DNA of 63,861 bases, filler included, from Choristocarpus tenellus KU-1152 (taxonomy: Eukaryota > Protista > Phaeophyceae), in the NCBI GenBank assembly GCA_964200185.2. It is 13 parts of 13 records of this genome, joined end to end, with 100 filler letters (N's around TTAATTAATTAA, not from the genome) between each part and the next. Parts side by side here need not be neighbours in the genome. Positions count along the whole stretch, not along the records: positions 36,942 to 43,300 come from CAXNAD020008307.1; positions 43,401 to 46,933 come from CAXNAD020019403.1; positions 47,034 to 51,674 come from CAXNAD020013668.1; positions 51,775 to 54,608 come from CAXNAD020024335.1; 9 more parts are not named here. One strand, given 5' to 3'. The notes beneath the pieces were generated by a model. The model saw nothing but the letters and a program-made list of their open reading frames with translations, was not told the DNA's origin and did no database searches. Shown here piece by piece: positions 37,335 through 52,875 of this stretch. A program made the position numbers and the translations under genes. Positions within the stretch are counted from its first letter, which is position 1, and each line of letters starts with the position of its first letter.

Positions 37335-39402
37335 ACCATTGCAATGGATGTAAGATAGTTGGCGTGCAGAAGGAGAAGTGAAAAAGGATTGGAAGCTATT
37401 GCTGTCTTCTCTTACTGCCTGTGGAGAAATCCCTGTCATTCCTGCCCCCTCTGGCCTTGAGGACTGTCGTTTTTTAATGGATGTTTGTGATCTGTTTTTC
37501 GAGAGCTGTGCTGCCATTGTACTTAAACATGCAGTTTTCGAGATTACCATAATACTGTAGGATTTTAACAATGGAGGATTTCCATGAATGTGTAATGGGG
37601 GGAAGGTGTTGAACACCCTATCTCCTATTTTGAACATGCATTCATCCCCTTGGGCGTAATTTTCTGTGTTTAATTCACATGTCACCACATGGACTGATGC
37701 CTATGAGTCATCACCTAATGGGAAACCTACCATAAGACGTTTCAGAGATGCTGCAAACAGTATGTGCGGATTTGGAATGGCGAGTAAAGAGAGAGAGCGA
37801 GAAAGAGACTTGTTCTTCTCCCAATTTCCTCAGTGTTTGTAGGTGATCAAACTCCTTGGTACCAGGGTTGAGATCATGTTGCTACCTTTGTAGCTATCCT
37901 GTGATGCTCCTTATCTGAGTAAAATCTGGTGGCAAGTGTGGTTAGTCACAACTCCACTGCACACCCAAGATGTTGCAGTAGTGCAGTGATTCTCGTTTGG
38001 TTGCTGTTGGCGACATTGGTCTTGTTGGCTGGTGCTGGGTGCCTACTTGCCGCCTTTTTTCTTCTTCTCCCTCCAGGTTTTTGGGATGGGTCTGGACCTA
38101 TACCCCTCCACAACTTGCTATTCAGACTCCTGTAGTGAGTGCACAGTTAAGTCCTTACCAGCAGTTTAGTTTAGAATGGTTTGGGGCTGCTGTGTGTGGG
38201 TGTTCAGTGTGTACCTGTGTATCTTGAGTTGCAGTTGGTGATGACCAAAACCGTGGTATTTGTACTCGCGTTTCTATTCATGTTTGACTGGCTGTTTTGT
38301 GTGTTGTTTGCAAATGTATGCATGTGTCTTGTCTGTGAGTGTCTGTGTCTGTTAGCACTCTCTTCAGTTTAAGCAAGGTATTGATTGGTATGTGTTGAGA
38401 CCTGCAGGGATAACCTCCATCTCATTGGGCTGATGTCCCTGGCTGCAAAACATTCACATGGCCACCCGAACCCTGCCGTTTCTGGTATTGAAATGCCTAA
38501 TAATCTGGCTTGTGGTTAGAAGAAAGCATGAAGAGAGGTAAATAGAGAACCCTTATCTTCTGATAGGAGGACAAAAGGAGGCAGAGCTTTTTGCTTTCTA
38601 CTTCTGCTGTTTGTCCAGTCGTTGTTAATAGATCTGTGCCAGTCTCAAGTCAATCAAGTCACTAAGTTAATGGTGTTTGAGATGAGGGGCAGTATTTTTG
38701 TAAAGTGTTTCGCTCTTGTGCACATTACCACTATTACTGCAAACAGTACGTACACTTTACTCCTTTCCAAAGCTACTGCAGATGCATGGATTTTGACGAC
38801 ATGATATGGTAGAGCACAAAGAAGAGTCAAGTCAACTCTTTGTAAGAAGGACTACTGGGGGAATTGTTTTAATATAATTGATTTGGCCAACCCATTGTCG
38901 ATTAGAAGTTGCTATTTGTGATAGTTTATTATAGGTGGGGAAGTATTACTAGTGATAGACCTGTTACTACTTCCAAGTAATATGTTTGCTTCATCGTTTT
39001 GATCACATAATTTGTCTAGGGGTTCCAAAACCTGTGGTCGAAAAGGTAATCCAACAATGGCAATACACACTACTACTTGAGAATGGCCAGCAAGGACCGT
39101 GATATAATTATTCTTTGTTCTTATTGTTATAGTACCTCTGTGCCATAATAAGTTCGTGCTGCGAAACATCTGGGCTCGCCGAGCTAGAAGGGAGCCGAAA
39201 AGGACGAAAACCCCACAGGATGAAATCGGGTTGACAATCTCAGCTTTCAGAAAAGGTGGTGGTCGATGATCATCAGGTACAAACTCGAGGTGCTTGGAGT
39301 CGTCAAAGTAGGCGGGGGGGGGGTTGTATTAAAGAGGTGTACTTGTTTCGTTTGCTTTTGTTTGAGGGTCTTTTGGGGTGATTTTGAGATCAGAACGCTG
39401 GC

Positions 39403-40670
39403 ATGGCAACCCTCCCGTCGACCTCATCTAGGAAGGCTGCCCAAGTGTCCCTGAATTCCAGGGTTGTGCTTGCAGTGCGGTACACCCTCTTAATGGTCCC
39501 TGGTGAGCATAAACTGCCACGACACGTTGGGCCAACCCTCACAATGGACTTTGGAGTGTCTGAGCGAGGGCTCTGGGAGGACGTTGCTGATCAGCTTGCC
39601 TGTGGCAACACACTTGACCTAGGGGGGGCGGCACGTAGTGGGCGGCCTTCAGAGCTCACACCAACCAAGATGGCCACAATACCTAGTATCAACTCCGATA
39701 ATAGGCCATATACAGTGTGTCAGGTGGCAATGAAGATGGCCGCCATATGGGCTGAATTATAGCACGAGCTGTTGGTAGATAGTGCTGCTGATACACTATA
39801 GACACCACTGGTGGATTAGGTAATAGGATGAAGAGCCAGTGACAGATATACCATATATACTGACTCATAGTGTCCATTGATTTTTGTGTCATGTTCAAGA
39901 TACACTTGCTGTACTTCAAACAAGTTAATAAGTGATTCATAGTAAAATAGTTGGGACGATTGCAAACCCCACACTATAGAAATAATAATGATAATCTAGG
40001 CTTGTCTCATCCCACCAATTCAGTCAGCGGAATCGAGACTACAGGCCCCTCTTTGTAACACTAATATGGCATATCTACATTAAGCTATTTATTGTCTTTC
40101 ATCAAAGCACGAAGCCGTGGGTCCAGCGTGGAATATTTCAACACGAGCACCATAAACAGATGGTTGGATGATATGGGGGCCATGCCGAATCGCCGCTGGA
40201 TCAACCACAACCTTAAATTGTGGCAAAAGGTATGGAGAATGGACTTTGTTTGCGATCAAGTGGACCGGAATCTTGGTGTGTACGCCTCCATGGCGAACAC
40301 GATCCATGTGTGTGGATTAAACCTGGTTTTACGTGATGGCTGATGGGGAAAGGGTTAGGGAAATTCCGCATGAGGACGATAGCGACCTTCCAGGGTCCCC
40401 TGCTGTCCAGCACAAGAGTCATATCCTCCAAACCATGATCATTGCAGTCAACGCCTGCCCAGATTTGGCTCACAGCTTTGATGGAAAGCCTTGGTGTTTG
40501 GCGTGTGTGTGCGCCAAAAACAGCAGACAGGACAAGCAAGAACCATAAAAAGGGGGATGTGTATGAGCAGGACTGTACTTCAGACCATTTGTGGTACAGG
40601 AAGTGGTACACGGAGGAGTTACTGCCTGCAATCAAGACCAAGATGCCTTGGTTGCAGGGGATCCAAACTA
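39403..40670 (+). mobile_element. Tc1/mariner transposase pseudogene (plant/oomycete mariner, DD39D-like), interrupted by a solo LTR
   Basis: FGVSER..W...RSGRPSELTP (HTH/linker), IHV(D*)TWFY (~VHVDEKWFY), QHKSHI..M, FDGK.GVW, A.RTSKN..KG and LLPAIKTKMPW. It is frameshifted and truncated before the second catalytic D. Confidence 0.85.
39770..40143 (+). mobile_element. Solo LTR (374 bp) with 5-bp TSD CGAGC
   Basis: CGAGC|TGTTGG...TTCAACA|CGAGC, with TG..CA ends and terminal TGTTG/CAACA inverted repeat. Homologs at ~26255 and ~43029. Confidence 0.92.
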
Positions 40671-40682
40671 AGACATCATAAA

Positions 40683-40943
40683 GAGCCAAACCAATTGAGA
40701 GGTAGGCAGGGTTTCATTTTAAGGGTCCCAAGAAAGGGAAAAAAGACTTCATTTTGTACAATTACAGAAACAACCATTGCTGAGTTGTGGTGTCACTTTG
40801 TGTGTGGAAAGAGGGAATATCAATTCTGCATACACTACTGTGAACATAAAAGTAATGAATTAGAGTGCAATATTCCATGGTAAGAACGATGGGTTAGAAT
40901 GCAAAAAGGTCTAAGCCTTCCTACCTCTCAATTGGTTTGGCTC
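40683..40943 (+). mobile_element. MITE family D (261 bp)
   Basis: Perfect 24-bp TIR GAGCCAAACCAATTGAGAGGTAGG / CCTACCTCTCAATTGGTTTGGCTC; second copy at 62878-63133. Confidence 0.9.
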
Positions 40944-41443
40944 AATATATAAAGAATCACTACTACAGGCAAAGATCCATGTGTCTTCTTATAGAACATG
41001 GGTTGGCATACTTTCTGCCATGATCCTAGCTGTTATATCATAACGCTTAGGAGCAGCATTCCAGGACAACATTCACTCCAAAATTCCATTCTCAGGACAA
41101 CACTTGTTTTACAATGTCCGTTCTCAGCACAACACCTCCAGCATTTGCCCTGTAAACACCCATTGTCGAGACAAGAATCGAGTCAATTTTCCGATATTTC
41201 CGTTGTTTCGTCCAACACCCATTTTGACCAATCGGTCTATTACCTGTGTTGTCCAAAACAACACTTCTTCGGGTATAATGCAAAAATGTGAAGTTAGTTG
41301 TGCAACCAACACGTAGTCTGAGGTATGAGAGATCACATAATACTATGTTTTGCGCAAGCGTTTTTATGTTTATGTTTGTGTGTGTGTGTGTTTGTGCAGT
41401 GTAGTGTGAGCAGTATACGTCCGAGCATTTTCTTCAGCTACAG

Positions 41444-42060
41444 TTGATTGTAGGAGACGCTGTATGAATTGCTAAGGACCCTGCCATTTCATGGATTGTG
41501 GGAGATGCAGCATGGTATTATTGCTAAGGATCCACCATTCCATGGATCGTGGGAGACGCATTTTGGTATGGCTAAGGACTCACAGTAGAAAACACCCCAG
41601 GATGTGTTCGTAGAGATTGTGATAGGATAGGTAGGAAGTAAACAGCTCCACCATATTATTCATTCCGGAGATTTGTAGTTGTGATGTACTAAGGGAGATT
41701 TTGTTGATTGTAGGAGACGCTGTATGCAATGCCATGTTACGTCTCCCACAATCCATGAAATGGCAGTGTCCTTAGCATTGCATACAGCGTCTCCTACAAT
41801 CAACAATATCTCCCTTAGTACATCACAACTACAAATCTCCGGAATAAATAATATGATGGAGCTGTTTACTTCCTACCTATCCTATCACAATCTCTACGAA
41901 CACATCCTGGGGTGTTTTCTACTGTGAGTCCTTAGCCATACCAAAATGCGTCTCTCACGATCCATGGAATGGTGGGTCCTTAGCAATACCATGTTGCATC
42001 TCCCACAATCCTGGAAATAGCGGGGTCCTTAGCAACACTATGTTGCGTCTCCCACGATCC
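41444..42060. repeat. Large inverted repeat (arms ~41469-41732 and 41775-42035) built from ~50-bp subrepeats
   Basis: The arms are near-identical reverse complements. Subunit TTGCTAAGGACCC.GCCATTTCATGGATTGTGGGAGA recurs, and GTTGATTGTAGGAGACGCTGTATG repeats at 41444 and 41703. Confidence 0.92.
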
Positions 42061-42302
42061 ACCAAATATCCCTAGTGTCACGCCTAAAGTGAATCTTTGG
42101 AAAAGAGTAGTACTTAACAATTGACTTATCACTGAAATACCATACACACAAAAACGAGGAAAACCTCTCCCTGACTAAAGTCAGTCTGCATACAACATCA
42201 CAGCTGTCACTGGACTAATGTGGGCATGCACTAAAATACACGACAGATGGGGGACAAACTCAAATTAAAATCATTCGGAAAAACAAACACAAGGGAAGAC
42301 AG

Positions 42303-43255
42303 TCACAAGGGGTAATATTCTCTGTCGCCGAAATAAGAGCTCCTGATGAAGCCTTCTAACCTGTCCAGTCTCGAACTGATGTCTTCCACCTCTCGAGATT
42401 CGGTAGGGGGAGGAGTTGTGGTCGATACCACATGCGATCCTTCCTTAGCCCCCCTTCCAGGTCTTCCTGTCCTCTCCCTGGCTCGAATAGTCAGGGGACA
42501 TTCGCTTATCTCGTGACTTAACCCTGTGCATCTCATGCATCTTCTACCTTGCCCGTCATCACCTCCCAGTCTTGTAGCTCGATCGAGGTCGGGGCAGTCG
42601 TACTTGGTGTGGCCATCTTTGCCACACATAAAACAGACTACACAGCCCTTTCCTCGACCCTTTCTACCAACAGTCTCCCTTCCCGCACTCACAACCAGAG
42701 CATGGTCGTTCCCTTCGCCACTTCTTGAAGAACTTGACGAGCTTTATGCTGAAAGTCTCTACCTCGACTCTACGTCAACTGCCCAGACTGATCCCCTACA
42801 GATGATGTCGGAGCCATGAAGACCGAGGCCACAGTCATAGACTCTAAGGGTCGCTTGGGCTCTCACAAAAAAAAGCGAGGAAGTCCTCTCCCTACTTCCC
42901 AGCGAACGTGGGGAGGTTGGGGATCCTGATCGGGTTGCCGGCAGATGTCTTGTAAACAATAACAATTCTCGCTACCAGTCTTGTCGCTTCGCACAACGTC
43001 CCAGGAATAATAGGTCCGCTACGTAGCGTGTTGAAGTATCCCACACAGGACCCGCGACTTTGGTGCTTTAATGAACAACAAAGAACAGCTTAATGTAGAT
43101 GAGTAAAGTTAATATTACAAGAGGGCTTATAGTCTCGATTCCGCTGGCTGAGAACGTGGGTAAGACCAGTGCTGATTGCTATGAGGGGTTTGCAATGTCC
43201 TCATGGATAATCAGAAAATATTATAATCAGAAAAGAATACTATTGTGAGAGCCAT
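42303..43255 (-). mobile_element. LTR retroelement 5' part: LTR, PBS-like site and gag remnant with two CCHC zinc knuckles
   Basis: LTR-family homology at ~43029-43200; ...GCGACA-AGAC-TGGTAGCGAG PBS-like motif (42961-42977); LPTFAGK.GEDFLAFF; CFMCGKDGHTKYDC and CMRCTGLSHEISEC (both CX2CX4HX4C). Confidence 0.8.
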
Positions 43256-43497
43256 ATTGTCAAAGTATCTGGGGGGGGGATGTCGGCGTCCGTTTTTCAC
43301 NNNNNNNNNNNNNNNNNNNNNNNNNNNNNNNNNNNNNNNNNNNNTTAATTAATTAANNNNNNNNNNNNNNNNNNNNNNNNNNNNNNNNNNNNNNNNNNNN
43401 CCCTTGTTGCCTCCGTGCTGCAAGAGCAGACAAAAACAGACCAAGCACCACCGTGTAACTGTCAGGTAACAGCGTAACGTAACCGTCCCTCTCTCAC

Positions 43498-45452
<1,955 letters not shown>

Positions 45453-46250
45453 CTTAACAAAAAGAAAAGAAAAGAAGAATCACCAAACGAAAAGGAACCC
45501 GTCAAACCATCCAATCATATTAGCAGCAGCATCAGAAGGGGATGCAGGCTGTGCATATATTGGAAGCCACGCCAAGAATAAAAAAAGTTTATACATTAGC
45601 ACATGTCATAGAAGAGTGTGCACTAACAGTGTATACACGATAAGCGATAGCCTCAATGAGGAAACTGATTCAGTACCGTAAAGTGGCGATAGTAAGTAAG
45701 AACATGAATCAGGATACACAACTCTCACGTTGTTAGTGTCGCCGGCCACAGAGGGGGGGGGGTTGGTGCTGGTATGGGTGGAGCTCTGGCAAGATGGGTC
45801 AACGTACTTGTATCACAAGGACTTGAGGGCAACAAGGCGAGGAGATGGAAATAACGGAGATGGAGCTCTCAAAAAACGATAGTAGAGTTAAAAGCACCCC
45901 CCACAAAACCTCTCCTGGGCTACACACACACACACACACACACACACACTCCATAGCATTGCGGAGCACTACAGAGCACCTCAGAGCACCACTGATATAT
46001 TCCAGAGCCACAGTAACACACGCTACACTGTTGTGCAAGTAGTGCATACTCCAACCTATTCATGGTCCAACCAATCAGACGCTCGAGTTCAACCATTTTT
46101 TTTTTCAGTCTCGCACCTTCACCGTTCTTACCGTTCTTCTTTTGGTTTCCGATTGCCAAGGTTCGTCCAATCAAACGCAAACGATACGCATAGATAGCCT
46201 TGACACACACGGTTGACAGGCCGCAACAACCGTCCCCATAGTTTTTATTA

Positions 46251-46282
<32 letters not shown>

Positions 46283-46614
46283 TTGGTAATTTCATTATCA
46301 ATCCTGCCACAAACGCGTCGCACGAACAGCGCAAAAAACAACCCATGCGAGCCCCCCCAACAACCCCCGCAAAACAACGCCTGGATTCCGAGAGCGTATG
46401 AAATGGGCCACAGAAGTATAACACGAGGGACACGGAGGAAATAAAAACAAACGCAGAAAAGAGTCCGGTTTCAAAAACAACAAAATTTTTTGAAACAACC
46501 TCAATCAACGTAAATACAATACAAAAAAAATAAAAATAGTTTGGGTTCAGCCTTTCCAGGAAAATTCCGATTTCTACGGACTTAAGAATTTAGAGGTCGG
46601 CAGCAACGGTACAC

Positions 46615-46815
46615 GACGGTATGGCACGTACCAACAATGGTATAAGAATTCAACACATACCACTATACGGCATGTGGTGCTAATAGTGCAAGCAATTCAA
46701 CACATACCGTGTAACCGACATTTACTAGTGATGTTGCAAGCAGGTAACTCAACACATGCGATGGTATGACCGACACGTACCAACAACGGTATAAGAATTC
46801 AACACACATACCACC
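46615..46815. repeat. Diverged ~50-bp minisatellite (4 units)
   Basis: AA(T/C)TCAACACA(T/C) at 46647, 46694, 46746 and 46796. Confidence 0.65.
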
Positions 46816-46855
46816 AACGGTTTCGAGCACGAGGACAGTAGTAGCAACACACTGC

Positions 46856-46909
<54 letters not shown>

Positions 46910-48659
46910 ATCGCCCCTACCCATCCACGCCACNNNNNNNNNNNNNNNNNNNNNNNNNNNNNNNNNNNNNNNNNNNNTTAATTAATTAANNNNNNNNNNN
47001 NNNNNNNNNNNNNNNNNNNNNNNNNNNNNNNNNTATTACGTGTCAAATCGCTATAACTAGCTACCATGGCTTGTGGGGGGTGTATGTGGGGCAAGTGCCG
47101 AAGGAAAATAGCTGGCGGGGTATAAGAGCACGATCTTCCAGCTTTTTTGTTCCACAGGGTATAGCGATGACAAGCCACGTGCTGTTTTCCGTTGGAATGT
47201 ATTTTAGCATACTGGCTCTTCTTTTTGTTTTGGGGCTACTGTCGACTCAGGATTTTAACCAAGGATATGGCCGTTTTAGCCCATACTTACATGCCTGTGG
47301 GCGCGCGCGCGCGTGTGTGTGTGTGTGTGACTTTTTGTGGTGGAATACGTTTTTCCACATGTGTTTGATTGTGTGCTGGAGAGGTGTGTTAGACCTGCAC
47401 AAAACTTGAAGTTGTTCGATTTGAAGTGGTGAGACGGACTGAGTCAGCAAAGTGTGTGAAGTTCAAGGGGGTTCCTTCTCCTCTCCCAGTTGCTGGGTTG
47501 GTAGGATATACCGTCTCTGTGAGGTACCGTGCCTAGCTGTTGCTGTTGCTGTTGGCCTAGTCGGATCTCCCTTCCGCTTTCACAGGACGTTCATGTGCAG
47601 ACACGAGGGTATAGATCGGTCAATCTGTATTGTTGGGTTGTGTCTCATCACACATGTAGTAGGTCGGTTGAGGGTTCCACCCTCCCGCCTAGCTGCAACA
47701 GTAGTAGTACCTGTATGAAGTAGTGCACTGTAGATATTAAAAAATAAAAATAAAGCGTAGCGTATACCAGTACATCATACATGATAGCGTGGTGATGATA
47801 AATGGGCAGGATAGGAACGATCTCAGCAGCAACTGTTTAATGAATTGTGTTTATTCAGTAAGCATACACAACAGAAGGACAAAAGAGGAGTGGATTTAAT
47901 GACCCTGTACTTCCAGCAGCCGTATGGGATACACGAGTGTGTTTGATCTGGTTGCTGGTTGAACATGGGCAATACAATACCAAGCAATACGTTTATTATG
48001 TCATCAGCCACTGTTTTGCTTGTCAGAATCCTGTTCACACCAGGCAGGAATACACAGGTCTGCAGTTTACTCTGTTACCATATTTTGTTCTCCCTGTCTC
48101 AGAGGTACTACTAGATCTCGTAGTATTGTCAGACTGTGCCTGATTCGGTGTTGGCCGGCCTCTCGTCATTATAGCTTCTGCATCAACACTCTAGAGAAGT
48201 GTGGATAGCACGCACACAGGCCTAGAAGGTCCATCAACCACAGTACACTGCATTAAATCGTACTATTCACAGCGGTCGAAACAAAGGGCAGCTGGAGGTT
48301 TCTACATAGCACAGGTGACCAACCGCATGCCTTCTTGTGTGAGTGAAGCAACTTTTTTTTTTAATACTTTCTCACTACCTTTCTGGACGGGTGACTCCCA
48401 ACACATTCCTGAAAAGGAAAATACTCTTGTTTGGGCATGGGAAGGCCCTCGCACATTGATGCATGGTGTCCTTTTCCAGATTATTGACCGAGGCAAAAAC
48501 CCCAGTTGATGAAAGAAAGCTGGTAGAAGTTGGAAATGACTTGGCCGTTAGTTGTCTTCAACTGCTCTTTCACTTAAGGTGTGCGCTTGCTGTGAAGTTT
48601 TCCGAATTATTGAGTTTCCAACGCAGTTCCACCTCCAAACAGCTTCACTCCCTATCCAC

Positions 48660-49205
48660 ACAGAAGTATTTTACACTTCTTACCTCGTATTATTACTATA
48701 TTCTTTGTGGTTTGAATCGCAAAGAATTCACTTTAATATTGTTCTTAAGATAAACCTCTTCCATTATTATTTTATAGTGTGCTTTGAATTACCAAAAATT
48801 TACTTTCATATTGTCCTGAAGATACACTTCTTGCCTTACATTATTATTTCATACTCTGTACTTCGAATGACCAAAAATGTACTTTGACATTGTTCTGAAG
48901 ATACACCTTTTACCTTGCATTATTATTTTATACTCTGTACATTTGAATTACCAAAAAATTACTTTGATGATGTTCTGAAGATACACCTCCTTGATTATTG
49001 TTTTATACTGTATCCTTTGAATTACAAAAATTTCACTTTCCTATTGTTCTGAAGATACACCTCTTTTACTTAAAATAATATTTTCTAATCTATATTTTGA
49101 ATTACCAAAAAATCACTCTCATATTGTTCTGAAGATACACCTCTCACCTAAAGTTATTATGATCTGTTTTTAGACAAAAAAAATCGCTTCATGATGATCT
49201 GAAGC
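48660..49205. repeat. AT-rich 70-80-bp minisatellite (~7 units)
   Basis: TTGAATTACCAAAAA...ATTGTTCTGAAGATACAC anchors at ~48746, 48817, 48896, 48976, 49050, 49130 and 49200. Confidence 0.9.
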
Positions 49206-52113
49206 GATCAAGGTTTATATATGTATATTGTTCCGCATCAAGGACCGACAGATAAGTTGGTCATATATCCAACACATTGATCCATGAGGAAACACACACA
49301 ATCAACAGCTGAGGTGCTAATTAGTATTATTACAAAAAATGGAGTTATTAGGAGGGTGCATGAAATATGCCTAGAGGCTTCAATTCGGAGGGTAGTGAGT
49401 TGTGCCCAGCCCGGATGGACGTCTTCCCCGAGACTATTGAGGGTACTTCTGGTTGACGGATTGCAACACGTTCTACAATCCAAGACAGTCCAAAATAGAT
49501 ACGAAGCAAACCCCCACTCTAATCCCGACAGGGAACCAGTCGATGAGCGGGAAGGGGGAATAGTCAGGCTTACGCAATAGAACCTATTAAGCCCACTCCA
49601 GTAGAAAAGAAAGTTGTCGCGATCAAGTAATATACTTTGGGGGGGATTGGCAAAGAGAAACGTACAAAAAAGAAAAAAAAAATCTATCTACTGCTGCTGC
49701 TGCGTTAGTCACCAGTTGATGGATGGTTCGGCCTTCAAGGCTTTAGTCCCAAGGATCTAAGCAAACCTCGGTACATGCACAAACAAACAAACAAACACAC
49801 AAACACACACACACACACACCGTTGCATTACTGCATTACTGCATTACTCAGGCTCTTGACCTGCGCGGCAAAGCACACACAAGTTGGGGGATCATCCTTT
49901 CTCGTTGGAGACACTCCTCAAACCACCTCAAAGCACAAAATTCGTTCGAATGTCAAGAAGAAGAAGTTCACACACACCAACAAACCTAGATGAAACTGTA
50001 ACAATCTCCAACAAAAAATTGGGCTCTATCTTTTCAAGAGGTCCACCATTTGGTGCAAATTTCCAGGGCCTTTCCAGAGTGTGGTGGTGGTCCCCATACA
50101 AAGAAAACGGTGTATGATACTACTTCTAAACCAATTTGGCCTGCTGCCATATTTTTGGGAACTCTTGGCAGGCACAGTGCTCTCACCAATCCGATTTTTG
50201 TTTTGCCACCAACTCTAGAGTCACTCTTTTATCAGCAAACAATAGTGTAACCCTAACCCTTTTGCCACGTAGCCAACACAATACCACAAAAGTTTTTTTT
50301 TTTAACACGATACAATTAACTCTTTTTAACTTAAGAAAAAAAAAAAGGGCGATGTTTTCCATGTCTTGCATGCCTTACCGTATGGATAACATCACAAACA
50401 AAGGCAACTCTTTTCTCGTATTCTTACTGATACAACAAATCCTAACCCTAAACCGATCATACTTTGTTTCTCAGGTCAGTCAAAAGCCTGTTTGGGTTGG
50501 GGGACGGGACGGGTAGAACTCCATCAAGAACTAACGCATATCTACCTGACCACATCGTGAACAAAGCTAAACTAGCACACTACTGATGTAATAATATGAC
50601 TGACAACCCTCCCCAGCTAGCTCTATACAAGTCAACAGGAAAACAAATAATAAAAGTCCTTCCGACGGGATGAACAACCAAGGTTCGGGTTCCATTGACC
50701 CTCCGTTGGGGATTAGACATAGAGATAGAGAGAATTCCTTTTCAAGGACTAATGTAGCTTATCCTGCACCAAAGACAGAATGCCTCGGTATTGGAATGCA
50801 CATATGTTACACCAACTTCAGTGTATCGAGTTTGAATTAAACAATTCACTTCCATGCAAAAATAGAGGTATGCAGAAATTGAACTCTGTAGCACTTGGGA
50901 GTATATATATATATGTATATATACCCCTGCAATGACCTCAAGCATGGTTGTAGTCGTTGCCATCTGTTACGGAAGCAGATTCTTGGTCACACCTGATGTG
51001 CACAACAAGAAAGAGAACAGCTTAATGACATCAGTTCAAACTTATATTACTACTACCACTACCACTACCACCACCACCACCACTAATAATAATAATAATA
51101 TTAGATTGTAATGGCACAAAGTACAAGAAAAAAATAGAAAATTAAAATTCTTACTGAGATGAGGAGCCTTCTCAATGAAAGGGGGGGGGGGGGGAAAATT
51201 TAAAGGGGGGCACAGGATTTGCATCTCTANNNNNNNNNNTCATGGGGGGGGGGGACACTTTTAAGGGGGTCACTCGATTTGCATCTCAACACAAAATTTC
51301 AAAAAGTGAAAAACACTTGAATGAAGTACTTCACTTAGAGCAGTAGTAATCAGCAAGGCTGCTGTGACTCAAGTGCGCCTCTAACTCCACTTCTTTATAT
51401 TTTCTGAGCAGTAGTCCGATGAGAATAAAAATAATATTTTTCTGTGTGTGTCCATGTACATCAAAACTATGACAGGTTCTAATTCAAACACAAATTGGGC
51501 AAAAAAACATGTTCGACTCTCTCTCTCAAGTTTGCATCTGTAAATAAAAAGATAATTTCAATTCTGTTAGATAATACTACAAATGAAAAAGAAGAGTTGC
51601 ACAAACAAACTTCACTCCAACAAAGAAACCTTTCACCGACCCCACTGCTCACAGAAACTATAGACACAAGGGGGNNNNNNNNNNNNNNNNNNNNNNNNNN
51701 NNNNNNNNNNNNNNNNNNTTAATTAATTAANNNNNNNNNNNNNNNNNNNNNNNNNNNNNNNNNNNNNNNNNNNNTAGGGAGGGGGGGGGGTGTGGGTGGT
51801 TGGGGGGGCACATTGCTGCACTGCAAACACAATGCCCTTAGGACTCTACTGCTCTGGGTATTTGAGAAGAATAATTCAAAAGCAAAAAAAAGAAGCGACC
51901 CATCACATGATTGAGTAAGACCCTTCCTACCAACTACTAACTCCAAACTCGGCATCCCTAATTAGTACTACACATCTCATCTCTAATTAGAACTACAGAC
52001 GCGGATACTACTCAAGTGCAGTGCTATTACAAGTACTTCCTGTCGAGAAGGTATATTCAGATCTGTCTGAAGCAACACCCGTGTGTATTGTGAGTAGAAG
52101 AACCTATCCTCAC

Positions 52114-52875
52114 TCAGGGATGAGGGCAGAAGGAGTGATTAGTGTGTGGAAGGCCTGAGGAATCTCAGCTTTGTGGCCCATCTGCCACAACAGTGCACCT
52201 TGATATAAATATACAACTATGTGACTTGGATAATACCTCTCAGCTCTCATGGACTTGATTGTATGCATGTTGTGTGTATATTTACTGTATGTATGTGTGA
52301 AGTTAAAGACATGATACAAAAGGCAACATCCAATGCTCCACAACAACAAATGCAATAGGTTGTTTGCGTGTGTCACATCCAACCAACAGGATCAATACAC
52401 CCCCTATTCCCTCAACCCCAGCCTTGCTCAGTGTGCACAGTGACGATCCCTCATCCCTCGACCTACTTTCCCTACCACTCGTCATGATGTCATGATGCAG
52501 TGACTGTTCACCACTAGTTTACCTCAAGTGTGCCTCCTTGCCCTCTGCTTACCATGCCACCACCAAACCAATTGCAAACAACCCACCCCAACCAAGTCCC
52601 TATCTCACCCCCCTCAACCCACCCTGTAGGATAGGGCAAGGACTACTTCGACCAATCAAACCAATCCATTCACACCCACCCGCCCTTGCTGTGTCTACAA
52701 GAGCATACGCATGACCACAAAATACTTCTAAGAATCTTCTTGCCTCTTCCCTCTGTATATGCAGGCAAGCGATCCATTCCATAACTTCCAATGTACCCAA
52801 ATCCTTGGAACCTTTCTCACTTTCAAACCCCTCCAGGCTGGACTCTAACAGGGATAGAGCAGTGGCATGCCTATT
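52114..52875 (-). pseudogene. Possible TPR-like exon fragments
   Basis: HATALSLLESSLEGFESEKGSKDLGTLEVMEWIACL resembles kinesin-light-chain-type TPR helices, and GALLWQMGHKAE lies between an AG and a GTGAGG. Weak. Confidence 0.3.

Noticed and set aside
46615-46815. Short conserved motif with ~35-nt variable spacers (CRISPR-like)
   Set aside because: Only four degenerate units, and spacers 1 and 4 are near-copies, so it is a diverged tandem repeat.
46856-46909. Long poly-C/G tracts giving poly-Pro/Gly ORFs (also 4640, 18640, 44451)
   Set aside because: Homopolymers at contig or gap edges with unreliable length; not coding.
48660-49205. CRISPR-like repeat/spacer appearance
   Set aside because: The intervening segments are similar to each other and AT-rich, the repeats are degenerate, there are no cas genes, and the context is eukaryotic. 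It is a minisatellite.
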